From NCBI RefSeq assembly GCF_000011805.1, contig NC_006840.2: a DNA stretch of 32,000 nucleotides. One strand, written 5' to 3'. The stretch's first letter is position 1, and each line of letters starts with the position of its first letter. Position numbers and translations under genes: made by a program. The notes beneath the pieces were generated by a model. It was not told the DNA's origin. It searched no databases and saw nothing but the letters and a program-made list of their open reading frames with translations. The stretch is from Aliivibrio fischeri ES114. GTDB taxonomy: Bacteria > Pseudomonadota > Gammaproteobacteria > Enterobacterales > Vibrionaceae. This document shows positions 9,505-18,508 of this stretch, in pieces.

Positions 9505-9703
9505 AATAATCTGTCCTTGATAAATACCCAGAACAATTTTACGAACAAGAATCATACAATTCATTTACATAAATTATACCGAATGATAGGAGTCGCAATT
9601 TTGTATTTTAATGAAAACAATCTGCGAGCGACTTCATTATTATTAATTGAACAGCAAAATACATAATTGACTTCATTCAAAACATCATACCTAAAAACAA
9701 AGA

Positions 9704-9738
9704 AAAGCCCTTTAACTCTATAGAATTAAAGGGCTTTA
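9704..9738. terminator. Hairpin terminator (AAAGCCCTTTAA / TTAAAGGGCTTT)
   Basis: 12-bp perfect inverted repeat with A/T flanks, beside the end of the CDS at 9743. Confidence 0.7.
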
Positions 9739-9742
9739 TTTA

Positions 9743-10237
9743 CTATGCCGTAACTAGTGTTAACTGCTTATCTTGATTTTCTACATACCAGAAAGCCAAT
9801 AATGATACCGCCCAGAATTGAAATAAATATTGGACGTCAGAGGCTCCTGCTAATGTTTGTGTAACAGCCATTGATGCCGTTACAAACAAAGAGGATAACA
9901 AGCCTGCTTTCAATAATGTTTTAGGCTTATTCGGTAAGATTTCTAATTTCAGAAACGAGGTAATTAATAGCACAACAGGTAAAATTTGAAGCACGATTAA
10001 TACAGGAAATAAATAATCATACATAGGCACAAATATCGCGTCTGTTAATGGTTTTTTCGACCACGTACCTGCTATATATTCTTTCCATCCATCCCAACTA
10101 TCACCTTGTCGAGTACCAAATAAAATCCCATAAAACTTATCGACAACCCCGTTTGAAAACCAAAACGGAGCAAACAACATATAAAATGGAAGATATTTAA
10201 TAATTTCAATCGCTTTTTCTAATTTTTTCATTGTCAT
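9743..10237 (-). CDS. Hypothetical membrane protein
   Basis: About four hydrophobic segments; no family recognised by eye. Confidence 0.6.
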   Translation of the reverse strand: MTMKKLEKAIEIIKYLPFYMLFAPFWFSNGVVDKFYGILFGTRQGDSWDGWKEYIAGTWSKKPLTDAIFVPMYDYLFPVLIVLQILPVVLLITSFLKLEILPNKPKTLLKAGLLSSLFVTASMAVTQTLAGASDVQYLFQFWAVSLLAFWYVENQDKQLTLVTA

Positions 10238-10271
10238 TTCCTAAGTATAAAATAAAAATATTTAATTAAAT

Positions 10272-10368
10272 TTATACTAATTCCATTCATGCACTCGTAA
10301 CCCTAAACACAACAATTAAGTGGTGTAATTCGTAATAGTTAACGAGCAATCCCTGAAATTAGTATTAC
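10272..10368. repeat. Approx. 95-bp imperfect inverted-repeat (MITE-like or extended hairpin) element
   Basis: Left arm TATACTAATTCCATTCATGCACTCG-TAAC mirrors right arm GTTAACGAGCAATCCCTGAAATTAGTATTA; the 9-bp ends ATACTAATT / AATTAGTAT are perfect. Confidence 0.4.
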
Positions 10369-10376
10369 TTAGGTTT

Positions 10377-10772
10377 TTATTCTAGAAAAACGCAGAATCT
10401 AAGATGCCGACGCCGAACCTTCTGAACTTGTCGTTCTATGGGTCCAATAAAGATTGGAGGTGAATGAAGTAAAGGGATAACAACGAGAGCAATCGCTATG
10501 AATAACCAAGCACCTAAAAGTAAATCGTGCATGCTATTTTCAAAGGATAATAAGTGCTCAACCAATTCGCATTTAGGCGCTATCGGCTGAGAATCACTTC
10601 CTGTCACCGCCTCTAATTGGTGTACTTTTGTTTGCGCCTCAATCAAGTGTTCTTTACAACTTGAAGTTACACCAATCAATTGACTAAAACAGATAAACAC
10701 ACTTAAAAGAACTAAGCATAATAATAGCTTAGCTCTAAATTGTTTATTTCTATTTGAAATAAGTGTGCTCAT
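10377..10772 (-). CDS. Hypothetical membrane protein
   Basis: Two or more hydrophobic segments (LLLCLVLLSVFICFSQLIGV; LLLGAWLFIAIALVVIPLL). Confidence 0.55.
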   Translation of the reverse strand: MSTLISNRNKQFRAKLLLCLVLLSVFICFSQLIGVTSSCKEHLIEAQTKVHQLEAVTGSDSQPIAPKCELVEHLLSFENSMHDLLLGAWLFIAIALVVIPLLHSPPIFIGPIERQVQKVRRRHLRFCVFLE

Positions 10773-10872
10773 AAATATCTTAGTAATAAGTTGAATATCA
10801 ATTACACCAACCCTAACAAAGAATCTCTTTGATATAAATCAGTTTTTTACTTATCAATAACCCATTCCTTGA

Positions 10873-11331
10873 TTAATATTCATCAGGTACTTTATCTAAT
10901 ACTCGTGTTTGAGCTAACTTAAGATAAGAGTGCAATTCATTATTCTTGTACTCTATTGCAGAATGAATATTTACAGATGAATTTGCCACAACCACGAAAT
11001 CATATTGATTTTCGTTCTTAAAAATTGATATGTATAGCAAACCATCAATGAGTTCCCAATGCCCTACCGTTTTTAATCGCTCAAACAAAGTAAACTCAAT
11101 TAAGCTCCCATTTTGACTAAATATAAGCTCCGTAATATAGCCAGCCGTACACGTTTTTATCCAGTGTGATTCAAAGATTTCTTCAAGTGAAAAATCTCTT
11201 TTTTGCTGACACCATGTAACGAGTTCTTTTTCTTGAATATCACAATGAGAAAGTTCATTACGTTCAACAATTGGCGTTCCTTTTACTTCACGCAAAAATA
11301 ACTGCTGCAATACGGCTTCTTTATTTGGCAT
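10873..11331 (-). CDS. Hypothetical protein
   Basis: 152-aa ORF with no recognised motif; plausible start at MPNKEAVLQQLFLREV. Confidence 0.55.
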   Translation of the reverse strand: MPNKEAVLQQLFLREVKGTPIVERNELSHCDIQEKELVTWCQQKRDFSLEEIFESHWIKTCTAGYITELIFSQNGSLIEFTLFERLKTVGHWELIDGLLYISIFKNENQYDFVVVANSSVNIHSAIEYKNNELHSYLKLAQTRVLDKVPDEY

Positions 11332-11365
11332 ACATTCACTCCTGAAATAGTCGTTTATCCATAAT

Positions 11366-11400
11366 AAAAAAGGCTTACCGCAGTTTCTGCGATAAGCCTC
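11366..11400 (-). terminator. Rho-independent terminator for the BCCT gene
   Basis: AGGCTTA-CCGCAG-TTT-CTGCG-ATAAGCCT with an A-run on the plus strand (T-run on minus). Confidence 0.75.
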
Positions 11401-11439
11401 TCATTCAATCAAAACGTTTTATTGGGTCGTTATCAATAA

Positions 11440-12996
11440 CTACACCGTAACGCTTTTTGTGCAATCTACCGATGATTTACTTTCAAGCTCTGCACTCTTC
11501 ATACGTAGAACCGCAATCGGTCCAGTAATAAAAGTAACACCAACCAAGAAAGAAACCGGTACAGCTGTAATTACGATAAAGGATTGAAGTGCATTTAATC
11601 CACCATCACCCGCAATCAATAAAACGCCAGCAACCACACCCATCATAACCGCCCAAAATAGACGCTGATATCTTGACGGTGTATCAGTGCCCTCTACTGC
11701 CATTGCAATAGAATAAGCCATTGAATCACCTGTTGTTGCTACAAACGTCGTTGTAAGTACAAGGAATGCAGGTATCAATAAGAAACTAAAAGGTAATTGA
11801 GCTAATGATGCTAATAACACCGCAGGTAAGCCCGCTTCTTGCAATGGTTGAGAAATGCTACCCGGAGTTTGTAGCTCAAGGAAAATCCCTGTTCCACCCA
11901 ATGATGAAAACCAAAAGTTGGTCGCAATTGGAGCAATAATGGCTACCGTAATAATCAACTCACGAATGCTTCGGCCTTGAGAGATGCGTGCAATGAAAAT
12001 AGCCATCATTGGAGCAAAACCAATAAACCATCCCCAGAAGAACCACGTCCACCACGAATTCCAAGAAGGATCCGCTGTACTCAAGCTCATTTCAGGTAAG
12101 TGCTGAATATAAGTACCAAAAGCCATACCGAACTCTTTAAAGATAAAACCGGTAGGACCAAGAACTAAGATCGCAACTAATAATGCAACAGCACCAATAA
12201 CATTCATACGACTCAACCACTGTAAGCCCTTGTCCATGCCAGAGAAGGCCGAAACAGAATAAATGCTAACAATCACGGTCAAAATGATGATTTGGCTCAT
12301 CAGCGAGCTTTCAAGCCCTGTCAGGACTGTCAGACTGTAACTTAACTGTGTTGCTAAAAATCCAATAGGTCCAATGGTTCCTGCTGCTACAGCAATAATA
12401 GAACAAGCATCAATGACCGAACCAATCCAATGGTTCTCTAATTTGTCACCCAAAATAGGATATAACAATGCACGAGGACGAAGTTTTACACCGCAGTTAT
12501 AGTGGGCATACATAAGAACAATCGTGCTTAATGTGCCAAGCACAGCCCATGCTAAAAATCCCCAATGTAAAAAGCTTTGGCTTAAAGCTGGAGCAACTGC
12601 TGCCAACGTGCCACCTTTAACATCAGAAAAGCTTGGTGATGGTGTAATGAAATGGAAAATAGGTTCAGCTGCTGACCAAAACACGCCTCCGCCTGCAAGC
12701 AGAGTACACATGATCATTGCCACCCAACGAAAGGTACCTATCGTGGGTTTTGATTCACTGCCCATCTTAATTTTGCCATAACTGCTCATCGCAATGATAA
12801 AAGCTAAAACAAAAGTGATGATCATTAGCCACTGCCACCAATAGCCGAACATGGTCGAAACCGACATGAACAAAGATTGAATAGTTGCAGTAAATGCTGA
12901 GAGATCAACAAAGGCAGCTAAAAGAAATAGAAGGATAAATCCTATTGTGAGGGTTGGAACAAGTTTGTCGCTAGTTTGCTTACTATTTGTAGACAT
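11440..12996 (-). CDS. BCCT family (betaine/carnitine/choline-type) transporter
   Basis: About 12 hydrophobic segments; WFFWGWFIGFAPMMAIFIARISQGRSIREL is a characteristic BCCT segment. Confidence 0.9.
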   Translation of the reverse strand: MSTNSKQTSDKLVPTLTIGFILLFLLAAFVDLSAFTATIQSLFMSVSTMFGYWWQWLMIITFVLAFIIAMSSYGKIKMGSESKPTIGTFRWVAMIMCTLLAGGGVFWSAAEPIFHFITPSPSFSDVKGGTLAAVAPALSQSFLHWGFLAWAVLGTLSTIVLMYAHYNCGVKLRPRALLYPILGDKLENHWIGSVIDACSIIAVAAGTIGPIGFLATQLSYSLTVLTGLESSLMSQIIILTVIVSIYSVSAFSGMDKGLQWLSRMNVIGAVALLVAILVLGPTGFIFKEFGMAFGTYIQHLPEMSLSTADPSWNSWWTWFFWGWFIGFAPMMAIFIARISQGRSIRELIITVAIIAPIATNFWFSSLGGTGIFLELQTPGSISQPLQEAGLPAVLLASLAQLPFSFLLIPAFLVLTTTFVATTGDSMAYSIAMAVEGTDTPSRYQRLFWAVMMGVVAGVLLIAGDGGLNALQSFIVITAVPVSFLVGVTFITGPIAVLRMKSAELESKSSVDCTKSVTV

Positions 12997-13337
12997 AAAT
13001 ATCTCACTTGATGCGTGAGGGATGGAACTCTAGCAGCTTAAAAAACGTAAAACCAGTGAAATATTTTTCAACTTTCCGATTTTCTAGTGAAAAAAATATG
13101 AATATCATCACAAAAAAAGAATATTACGCCTAAAAATCAGATAGTTATAAAATCAACCATAAAATAATACAAACAACCAAAAAAATTTACACTTTTATCA
13201 AAATAATCCATTCTGGGTAGGCTGTTTTTTAATCGTTAATTATATTCTTCATGGTTTATCTATCTCCTGTAAAATTCATTTTATATTCATATTCGCTGTT
13301 TTATACTTAATCTCATAGCGAACTATTGGGATAAATC

Positions 13338-13724
13338 ATGCTTAAAAAATCAGTCATATACCTCGCCGCTCTTCTCTCTATATTCTCTCAGAATGTATTG
13401 GCCGATAATCATCATCAAAATGGGCATGAATTAGTCCAAGATATTCAAACGGCAGATACACGAATAGAGATAGACGAAGATCAAGATGAAGTATATGAAG
13501 CGGTTAAATTAGGGCTAATTAAGCCATTTTCTGAACTGTATACCACTGTCGCTCAAGACTTTAACGGCCGAATCATCAAAGTAGAACTTGAAGAAGACGA
13601 TGACGAATGGACCTATGAATTAAAAATCGTACACAATAACAATGTATTAAAAGTTGAATACAATGCGGCTAACCTTGCGATCACAGAAATTAAAGGTCGT
13701 GATATTCGAGCAGCACTTAAATAG
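13338..13724 (+). CDS. Secreted/periplasmic PepSY-domain protein
   Basis: Signal peptide MLKKSVIYLAALLSIFSQNVLA; PepSY-like segment GRIIKVELEEDDDEWTYELKIVHNNNVLKVEYNAANLAI. Confidence 0.8.
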   Translation: MLKKSVIYLAALLSIFSQNVLADNHHQNGHELVQDIQTADTRIEIDEDQDEVYEAVKLGLIKPFSELYTTVAQDFNGRIIKVELEEDDDEWTYELKIVHNNNVLKVEYNAANLAITEIKGRDIRAALK

Positions 13725-13762
13725 ATCAACCCACAATTATATAAATAGAGATAACAATAATA

Positions 13763-14419
13763 ATGAAAATTTTAGTTGTAGAAGATGACTTACGTTTAGG
13801 CGCACAAATTGTAGAAACCCTAGAGTCTGCCGATTGGGTTCCTGAGTTATCACAAGATGGTGTTGATGCATTATATAGAGCAACAACTGAGGAATGGGAT
13901 GCTATTGTTCTTGATTTGGGCTTACCAAAATTAAATGGCCTAACGGTACTAAAAAGCATTCGTGATGAAAACATTAACACGCCCGTTATTATTTTAAGTG
14001 CTCGTGATACGTTATCACAACGTGTTGAAGGCTTAAATGCAGGCGCAGATGACTACTTAACTAAACCGTTTGAAATGGTGGAATTGATTGCTCGCATTCG
14101 TGCTCAATTACGTCGAGCCTCTGGCAATGCCTCCCCTATTTTAAAAATTGGTGATTTAAGCTTAGATACCCGCAGTTCCAAAGTTCTGTGGCAAGACCAA
14201 GCTGTAAGCCTGACAGCATTGGAATACAAGGTCGTTGCTTATTTCATGCACAATCCAGATAAGGTGATCTCTAGAACGACACTTGTTGAACATATCTATA
14301 AGCAAGATTTTGATCGTGATTCAAATACCGTTGAAGTATTTATTGGCCGAATTCGTAAAAAAATAGCGCCAAATATCATCAAAACCGTACGTGGTCTTGG
14401 TTATCAATTAAACTCATAG
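13763..14419 (+). CDS. OmpR/PhoP-family response regulator (resembles Vibrio CarR/VprA-type regulators)
   Basis: MKILVVEDDLRLGAQI receiver domain, DxxLPKLNG, ADDYLTKPF, C-terminal winged helix VEVFIGRIRKKI..IKTVRGLGYQL. Confidence 0.88.
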   Translation: MKILVVEDDLRLGAQIVETLESADWVPELSQDGVDALYRATTEEWDAIVLDLGLPKLNGLTVLKSIRDENINTPVIILSARDTLSQRVEGLNAGADDYLTKPFEMVELIARIRAQLRRASGNASPILKIGDLSLDTRSSKVLWQDQAVSLTALEYKVVAYFMHNPDKVISRTTLVEHIYKQDFDRDSNTVEVFIGRIRKKIAPNIIKTVRGLGYQLNS

Positions 14420-14437
14420 AGCAAATCAAGGATAACG

Positions 14438-15802
14438 ATGAAAAAGGCACCCCGTCGTCTTCAACATACATTAAAAAAATTAAGTTTAAAAAGCCGCTTG
14501 CTTCTTGCTGCGGCTTTTTGGCTATCTTCAATGATTTTAGCGGCTGGCATTGGTATTCCAAAACTAGTCAATGATTATCTGATTAAAGATGTAAAACAAC
14601 AATTAGCCTTATCTATGGATGAAATCACGGCTAATTTAGAAACCAACGAACAAGGAAAGTTAGTTTTATTCTCTCGACTTTCTGATCCTCGTTTTAATCA
14701 GCCTTATAGCGGTCTATACTGGACTGCAAGTACCAAAAAAGATGAACTGCGTTCTCGTTCTTTATGGGATAAGAAGCTAAAATTTAAAGACAATTCTTTA
14801 GATATCGCTCCTACAGTAAAGGGAGCAAAAGACGAAAAACTTATCTATATTCAAAAACACATATACCTTCCAGAAATTAAAGCACCAATAACAATAACCA
14901 TTGGTGTGGATGAAAATCCCTTAGAAAAAACATTACACCAATTAACAGGACAAGTTTGGGTTATCTTAGGATTACTATTTAGCGGTGTTTTATTCCTTAT
15001 TGGTATTCAAGTCAGTTGGTCTTTACGCCCACTTGCTAAAATGCAATCTGAACTTATTCAACTGCGCAAAGGAGAACAACAAAATTTAAGCCAACACTAC
15101 CCTCAAGAAATAGCCCCTTTGGTTTCGGATCTCAATGCGCTTTTATTTCATTATCAAGAATTACTGGATCGTGCTCGTAACCATGCAGGCAACTTATCTC
15201 ATTCTTTAAAAACACCACTATCCGTCCTTAAAAATGAGTTAGAGCATTTAAGCGAAGAGGATAAAAAGCGCTTATCTCTGCCTATTAATAAACTTCAAGA
15301 GCACATCGACTACCATTTAGGCCGTGCTCGCATGGCTGGATCAATGAATATTTTATCTGTTTCAACCTCTCCATCCGATCGTGTTGATGCCATATCAATG
15401 GCTTTTGATAAAGTCTATGCTGTTCGTGAAATCATGTTAATTAACGAACTTAATAGTGATGACAATATTGCCGTAGAAGCAACAGATCTTGATGAAATGC
15501 TTGGTAATTTACTCGAAAATGGCTATAAGTGGGCAAGTTCTATGATTCGTGTTCATTCAAAATACGCTGCTGACAATCTCATTGAAATCACGATCGAAGA
15601 TGATGGAAATGGCATACCAGAAGATAAACTAGAGCACGTAATTCGACGAGGTGTACGTCTGGATGAATCAACCCCAGGTACAGGGCTTGGTTTAAATATT
15701 GTAGACGAAATGGCACACAGCTACCGCGGTTCATTGCTTTTAGATAGAAGTAAAATGGGCGGCTTAAAAGCAACCCTCACCTTTCCACTGGTGACTAATT
15801 AA
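14438..15802 (+). CDS. Sensor histidine kinase (partner of the preceding regulator)
   Basis: Two TM segments; HAGNLSHSLKTPLSVLKNE H-box region; N-box LGNLLENGYKWA; GxGxG motifs DGNGIPE and GTGLGLNIV. Confidence 0.88.
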   Translation: MKKAPRRLQHTLKKLSLKSRLLLAAAFWLSSMILAAGIGIPKLVNDYLIKDVKQQLALSMDEITANLETNEQGKLVLFSRLSDPRFNQPYSGLYWTASTKKDELRSRSLWDKKLKFKDNSLDIAPTVKGAKDEKLIYIQKHIYLPEIKAPITITIGVDENPLEKTLHQLTGQVWVILGLLFSGVLFLIGIQVSWSLRPLAKMQSELIQLRKGEQQNLSQHYPQEIAPLVSDLNALLFHYQELLDRARNHAGNLSHSLKTPLSVLKNELEHLSEEDKKRLSLPINKLQEHIDYHLGRARMAGSMNILSVSTSPSDRVDAISMAFDKVYAVREIMLINELNSDDNIAVEATDLDEMLGNLLENGYKWASSMIRVHSKYAADNLIEITIEDDGNGIPEDKLEHVIRRGVRLDESTPGTGLGLNIVDEMAHSYRGSLLLDRSKMGGLKATLTFPLVTN

Positions 15803-15813
15803 CAATAAATAAC

Positions 15814-15853
15814 CTCGTACGTTATCCATTATTACCAATAGGTAACGTACGAG
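15814..15853. other. Perfect 11-bp inverted repeat between convergent genes
   Basis: CTCGTACGTTA ... TAACGTACGAG with an 18-nt loop; no adjacent T-tract. Confidence 0.6.
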
Positions 15854-17099
15854 TACTGATAACCAATATCTCTCCATCAGAATAATAATCATGCTCTTCA
15901 TCTTTACTCACAGGTGCTGAATAAGCTTGTTTCGATGTAAATAGATTGTTCGAAAATAAATCGATCGTTCTTTTAAATTTATCTCTTTCTTTATCTACAT
16001 CTGAATCAATGCTGTGCAGCATAGTTACTATTCCTCGATATGGAGTAAAGGTCAGACCATCATCATAACTTAACGCCCCTAACCAAACCTGTTGTTCCCC
16101 GCTATTTCTTCCAGCATTCCACCAACGGATATGACTTCGTTTTAATAAATTTCCTGGTAATTGAAAAGCCATATCTTGAACTCGCCCATTCCAAAACAGA
16201 TCGGATACTGGTGGCGTCTTATTCCTCATAAGTAAAAAATAATCGACTAAATTAATATCATTTCTTGAAAATGTTTTGTTTTCAATCCACCCAAGTTGAT
16301 TCATTATCGTCTGAGGATTGTTACCGATAAATACAACGTTAATTGCTTGTGCATCAAAAAAAGACGACTCTCCAGGGAATGCTTTGAATACGGTGCGTGT
16401 TTCATCAAAATACAAAGGGTTAGCCTTAACATCTTTGATTAAGTCATCGGCCGACCAAAAAAAATGACTGTAATTTAAATAAGCCACTGCCGCTATAAGA
16501 GCAAAGGTGAATTTTAATCCGAGTCTGCGCCATCGATAACGTTTAGCTATGAACAAAAAAACACTCAAGAAAACCAGCATCAGAATAGACTGTATATGTT
16601 CTACAACAAAAAGCTCAGCTTCTTTTAGCAATGGTAGCGTATCAATGCCATAAGATAATAAATATCCCCATAGAACAAATTGAGTAACACCGAGTAGCAA
16701 ACCAATAGAAGTCAATAATGTAAATCTCCCCCAAGCAATATGATTAACACCAGCGATAAAAGGAACTATCCACGCTACAGGTCCTAACAAGCGAGAAAAA
16801 ACAAGAACGATAGTTCCTCTCTTTTGCAATAGCAAACGGCAACGAGCGATAGGACGTCGTGTTTTTGGCAGCCACCTCATTAACCATGATTGAGCATTTC
16901 GTCCAAATCGGCGACCAATAACATAGCTAATTTGATCGCCTAAAAAACCGCCTAAAATGACAGCAACAACGCCACTCCAAATACCTTGATGAAGCCGAAA
17001 GCCTGCTGCAATTAAAAAAGGTTCCCCAGGAACAAATACATTAGGTCCTATGAGCGCATCAAATAATGCGCCCCAAAACAAAGTCATCGTATCAAACAT
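15822..17099 (-). CDS. DedA/SNARE-associated membrane protein fused to a C-terminal LssY_C-like domain
   Basis: N-terminal PGEPFLIAAGFRLHQG, GGFLGDQISYVIGRRFG, FSRLLGPVAWIVPFIAG (DedA core); C-terminal QAINVVFIGNNPQTIMNQLGW...DMAFQLPG...RSHIRWW. Confidence 0.82.
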   Translation of the reverse strand: MFDTMTLFWGALFDALIGPNVFVPGEPFLIAAGFRLHQGIWSGVVAVILGGFLGDQISYVIGRRFGRNAQSWLMRWLPKTRRPIARCRLLLQKRGTIVLVFSRLLGPVAWIVPFIAGVNHIAWGRFTLLTSIGLLLGVTQFVLWGYLLSYGIDTLPLLKEAELFVVEHIQSILMLVFLSVFLFIAKRYRWRRLGLKFTFALIAAVAYLNYSHFFWSADDLIKDVKANPLYFDETRTVFKAFPGESSFFDAQAINVVFIGNNPQTIMNQLGWIENKTFSRNDINLVDYFLLMRNKTPPVSDLFWNGRVQDMAFQLPGNLLKRSHIRWWNAGRNSGEQQVWLGALSYDDGLTFTPYRGIVTMLHSIDSDVDKERDKFKRTIDLFSNNLFTSKQAYSAPVSKDEEHDYYSDGEILVISTRTLPIGNNG

Positions 17100-17119
17100 A
17101 ATTTACCTTTACGTATAAA

Positions 17120-17851
17120 TTACTTTTGATTTGAATAATGTCCGAACTTATATTCCATTTCGTTATTGCGCATTTCTCCAAACAAGAAACGGCGAACATT
17201 AGCTTTTAAATAGGTATACCCCATTCGCAAAAAGCCATCTTGTTCTAAACGACGTGGATCAAACTCAAATGTCATTGGAAGAAAACGAAAACGCCAAGTT
17301 CTGCTTGCTCTTTTTACGTAATCACAATCTTCGCATAACGTAATATTTTCATCGAAGCCAAGAAGATCTTTATGCGCTCTTCTAGTCGAAAAAATACACG
17401 CTCCAACTGCGGTAGGAAATGCAAATTGAGTTAGAAACAGACCAATATTAAACGTCATATAACCAAGTTTATGAGCAACAGGTAACCCTTTCGAGCCCAT
17501 ATATACGCCTGCCACTTCAAGTCCTTTTTCATTAAGTTGAGTTAATGCTTTAGTAAGAAAGTCTGGAGACAAACGCACGTCAGCATCTAAAAATAATAAA
17601 CGTTCATGTTTAGCAAGTGATGCTCCTGTATTACGACCTAGACTAACTCCTTGTTTATCCATTTTATGAACGGTTAAATCAGGAATACTTGCAGAGAAGG
17701 ATTGTGCAACCTCACACGTCGCATCTGAACTATTTGAATCAACAACAATTACTTCAAAATTTTTGAATGTTTGCTCTGTTAAATCTTCAAGTAAACGTCC
17801 AATACGATTTTCTTCATTTAAAGTAATAATAACAATGCTTAATGGGTTCAT
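17120..17851 (-). CDS. Family 2 glycosyltransferase
   Basis: MNPLSIVIITLNEENRIGRLLEDLTEQTFKNFEVIVVDSNSSDAT; LFLDADVRL. Start placed at MNPLS (codon 23 of the listed ORF). Confidence 0.88.
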   Translation of the reverse strand: MNPLSIVIITLNEENRIGRLLEDLTEQTFKNFEVIVVDSNSSDATCEVAQSFSASIPDLTVHKMDKQGVSLGRNTGASLAKHERLLFLDADVRLSPDFLTKALTQLNEKGLEVAGVYMGSKGLPVAHKLGYMTFNIGLFLTQFAFPTAVGACIFSTRRAHKDLLGFDENITLCEDCDYVKRASRTWRFRFLPMTFEFDPRRLEQDGFLRMGYTYLKANVRRFLFGEMRNNEMEYKFGHYSNQK

Positions 17852-18081
17852 AGTGTACCTCCAAGTAAAATGAATTAAGCTACTTGAGGCCATAATAACG
17901 AATACTATCTTAACCAATGGTGAGAGGTTTATTCATCTTTGATTCATTCTTTGCAATCGAACTTGTTATTTGCATATAAACCATCGTCTGCTTTTTATTC
18001 AATCTAACATTTCATTTTTAGCTGTAGCACATCATTCTCACCTCATATATTGTTAAATTTGTGTTTAAGAAGGAGAAAGAA

Positions 18082-18264
18082 ATGAAAGTGATAATTCAAT
18101 ACACTCAAACAGGTATGTATAAAGACCATGCATGGGAAGCATCTACAATTAGAATTCAGGGACAGTATCATGCAGTTACGCCATCCTATGCCGCTCAACT
18201 TATCGAACAAAATAAAGCACAGTTACACACCGATAATAGCAATAATATTGTGTTAGTTGATTGA
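18082..18264 (+). CDS. Small hypothetical protein (about 60 aa)
   Basis: Shine-Dalgarno AAGGAG just upstream of ATG; MKVIIQYTQTGMYKDHAWEASTIRIQGQYHAVTPSYAAQLIEQNKAQLHTDNSNNIVLVD. Confidence 0.65.
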   Translation: MKVIIQYTQTGMYKDHAWEASTIRIQGQYHAVTPSYAAQLIEQNKAQLHTDNSNNIVLVD

Positions 18265-18326
18265 TTTAAAGATTGAAAATTCGATTGGAATTTGATGATT
18301 TATCAATAAGATAAAAAGAGAAAGGA

Positions 18327-18352
18327 AAGCCACACGTCTCAAAATGTGGCTT
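18327..18352. terminator. Possible weak terminator hairpin (AAGCCACA / TGTGGCTT)
   Basis: 8-bp inverted repeat with a 10-nt loop and only a modest T-rich tail. Confidence 0.4.
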
Positions 18353-18508
18353 AATTTGGAACTGTTCGGGGTCATAACCGGACGTGTTAACTATCTAATA
18401 TCACTGACTTAATTTCAACAGTTTTTGTGAACACAATGGTCAGAAAAAGTACAAATTTTGAAGTTGTTCCGTATTTTGTGAGTCGTGTAACACTAATTAG
18501 CTTGCTAC

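Noticed and set aside
12524-12781. 85-aa ORF antisense to the BCCT transporter
   Set aside because: Shadow ORF of a strongly supported membrane transporter CDS.
13726-13980. 84-aa ORF antisense to the response regulator start
   Set aside because: Fully explained by overlap with a strong receiver-domain CDS and its upstream spacer.
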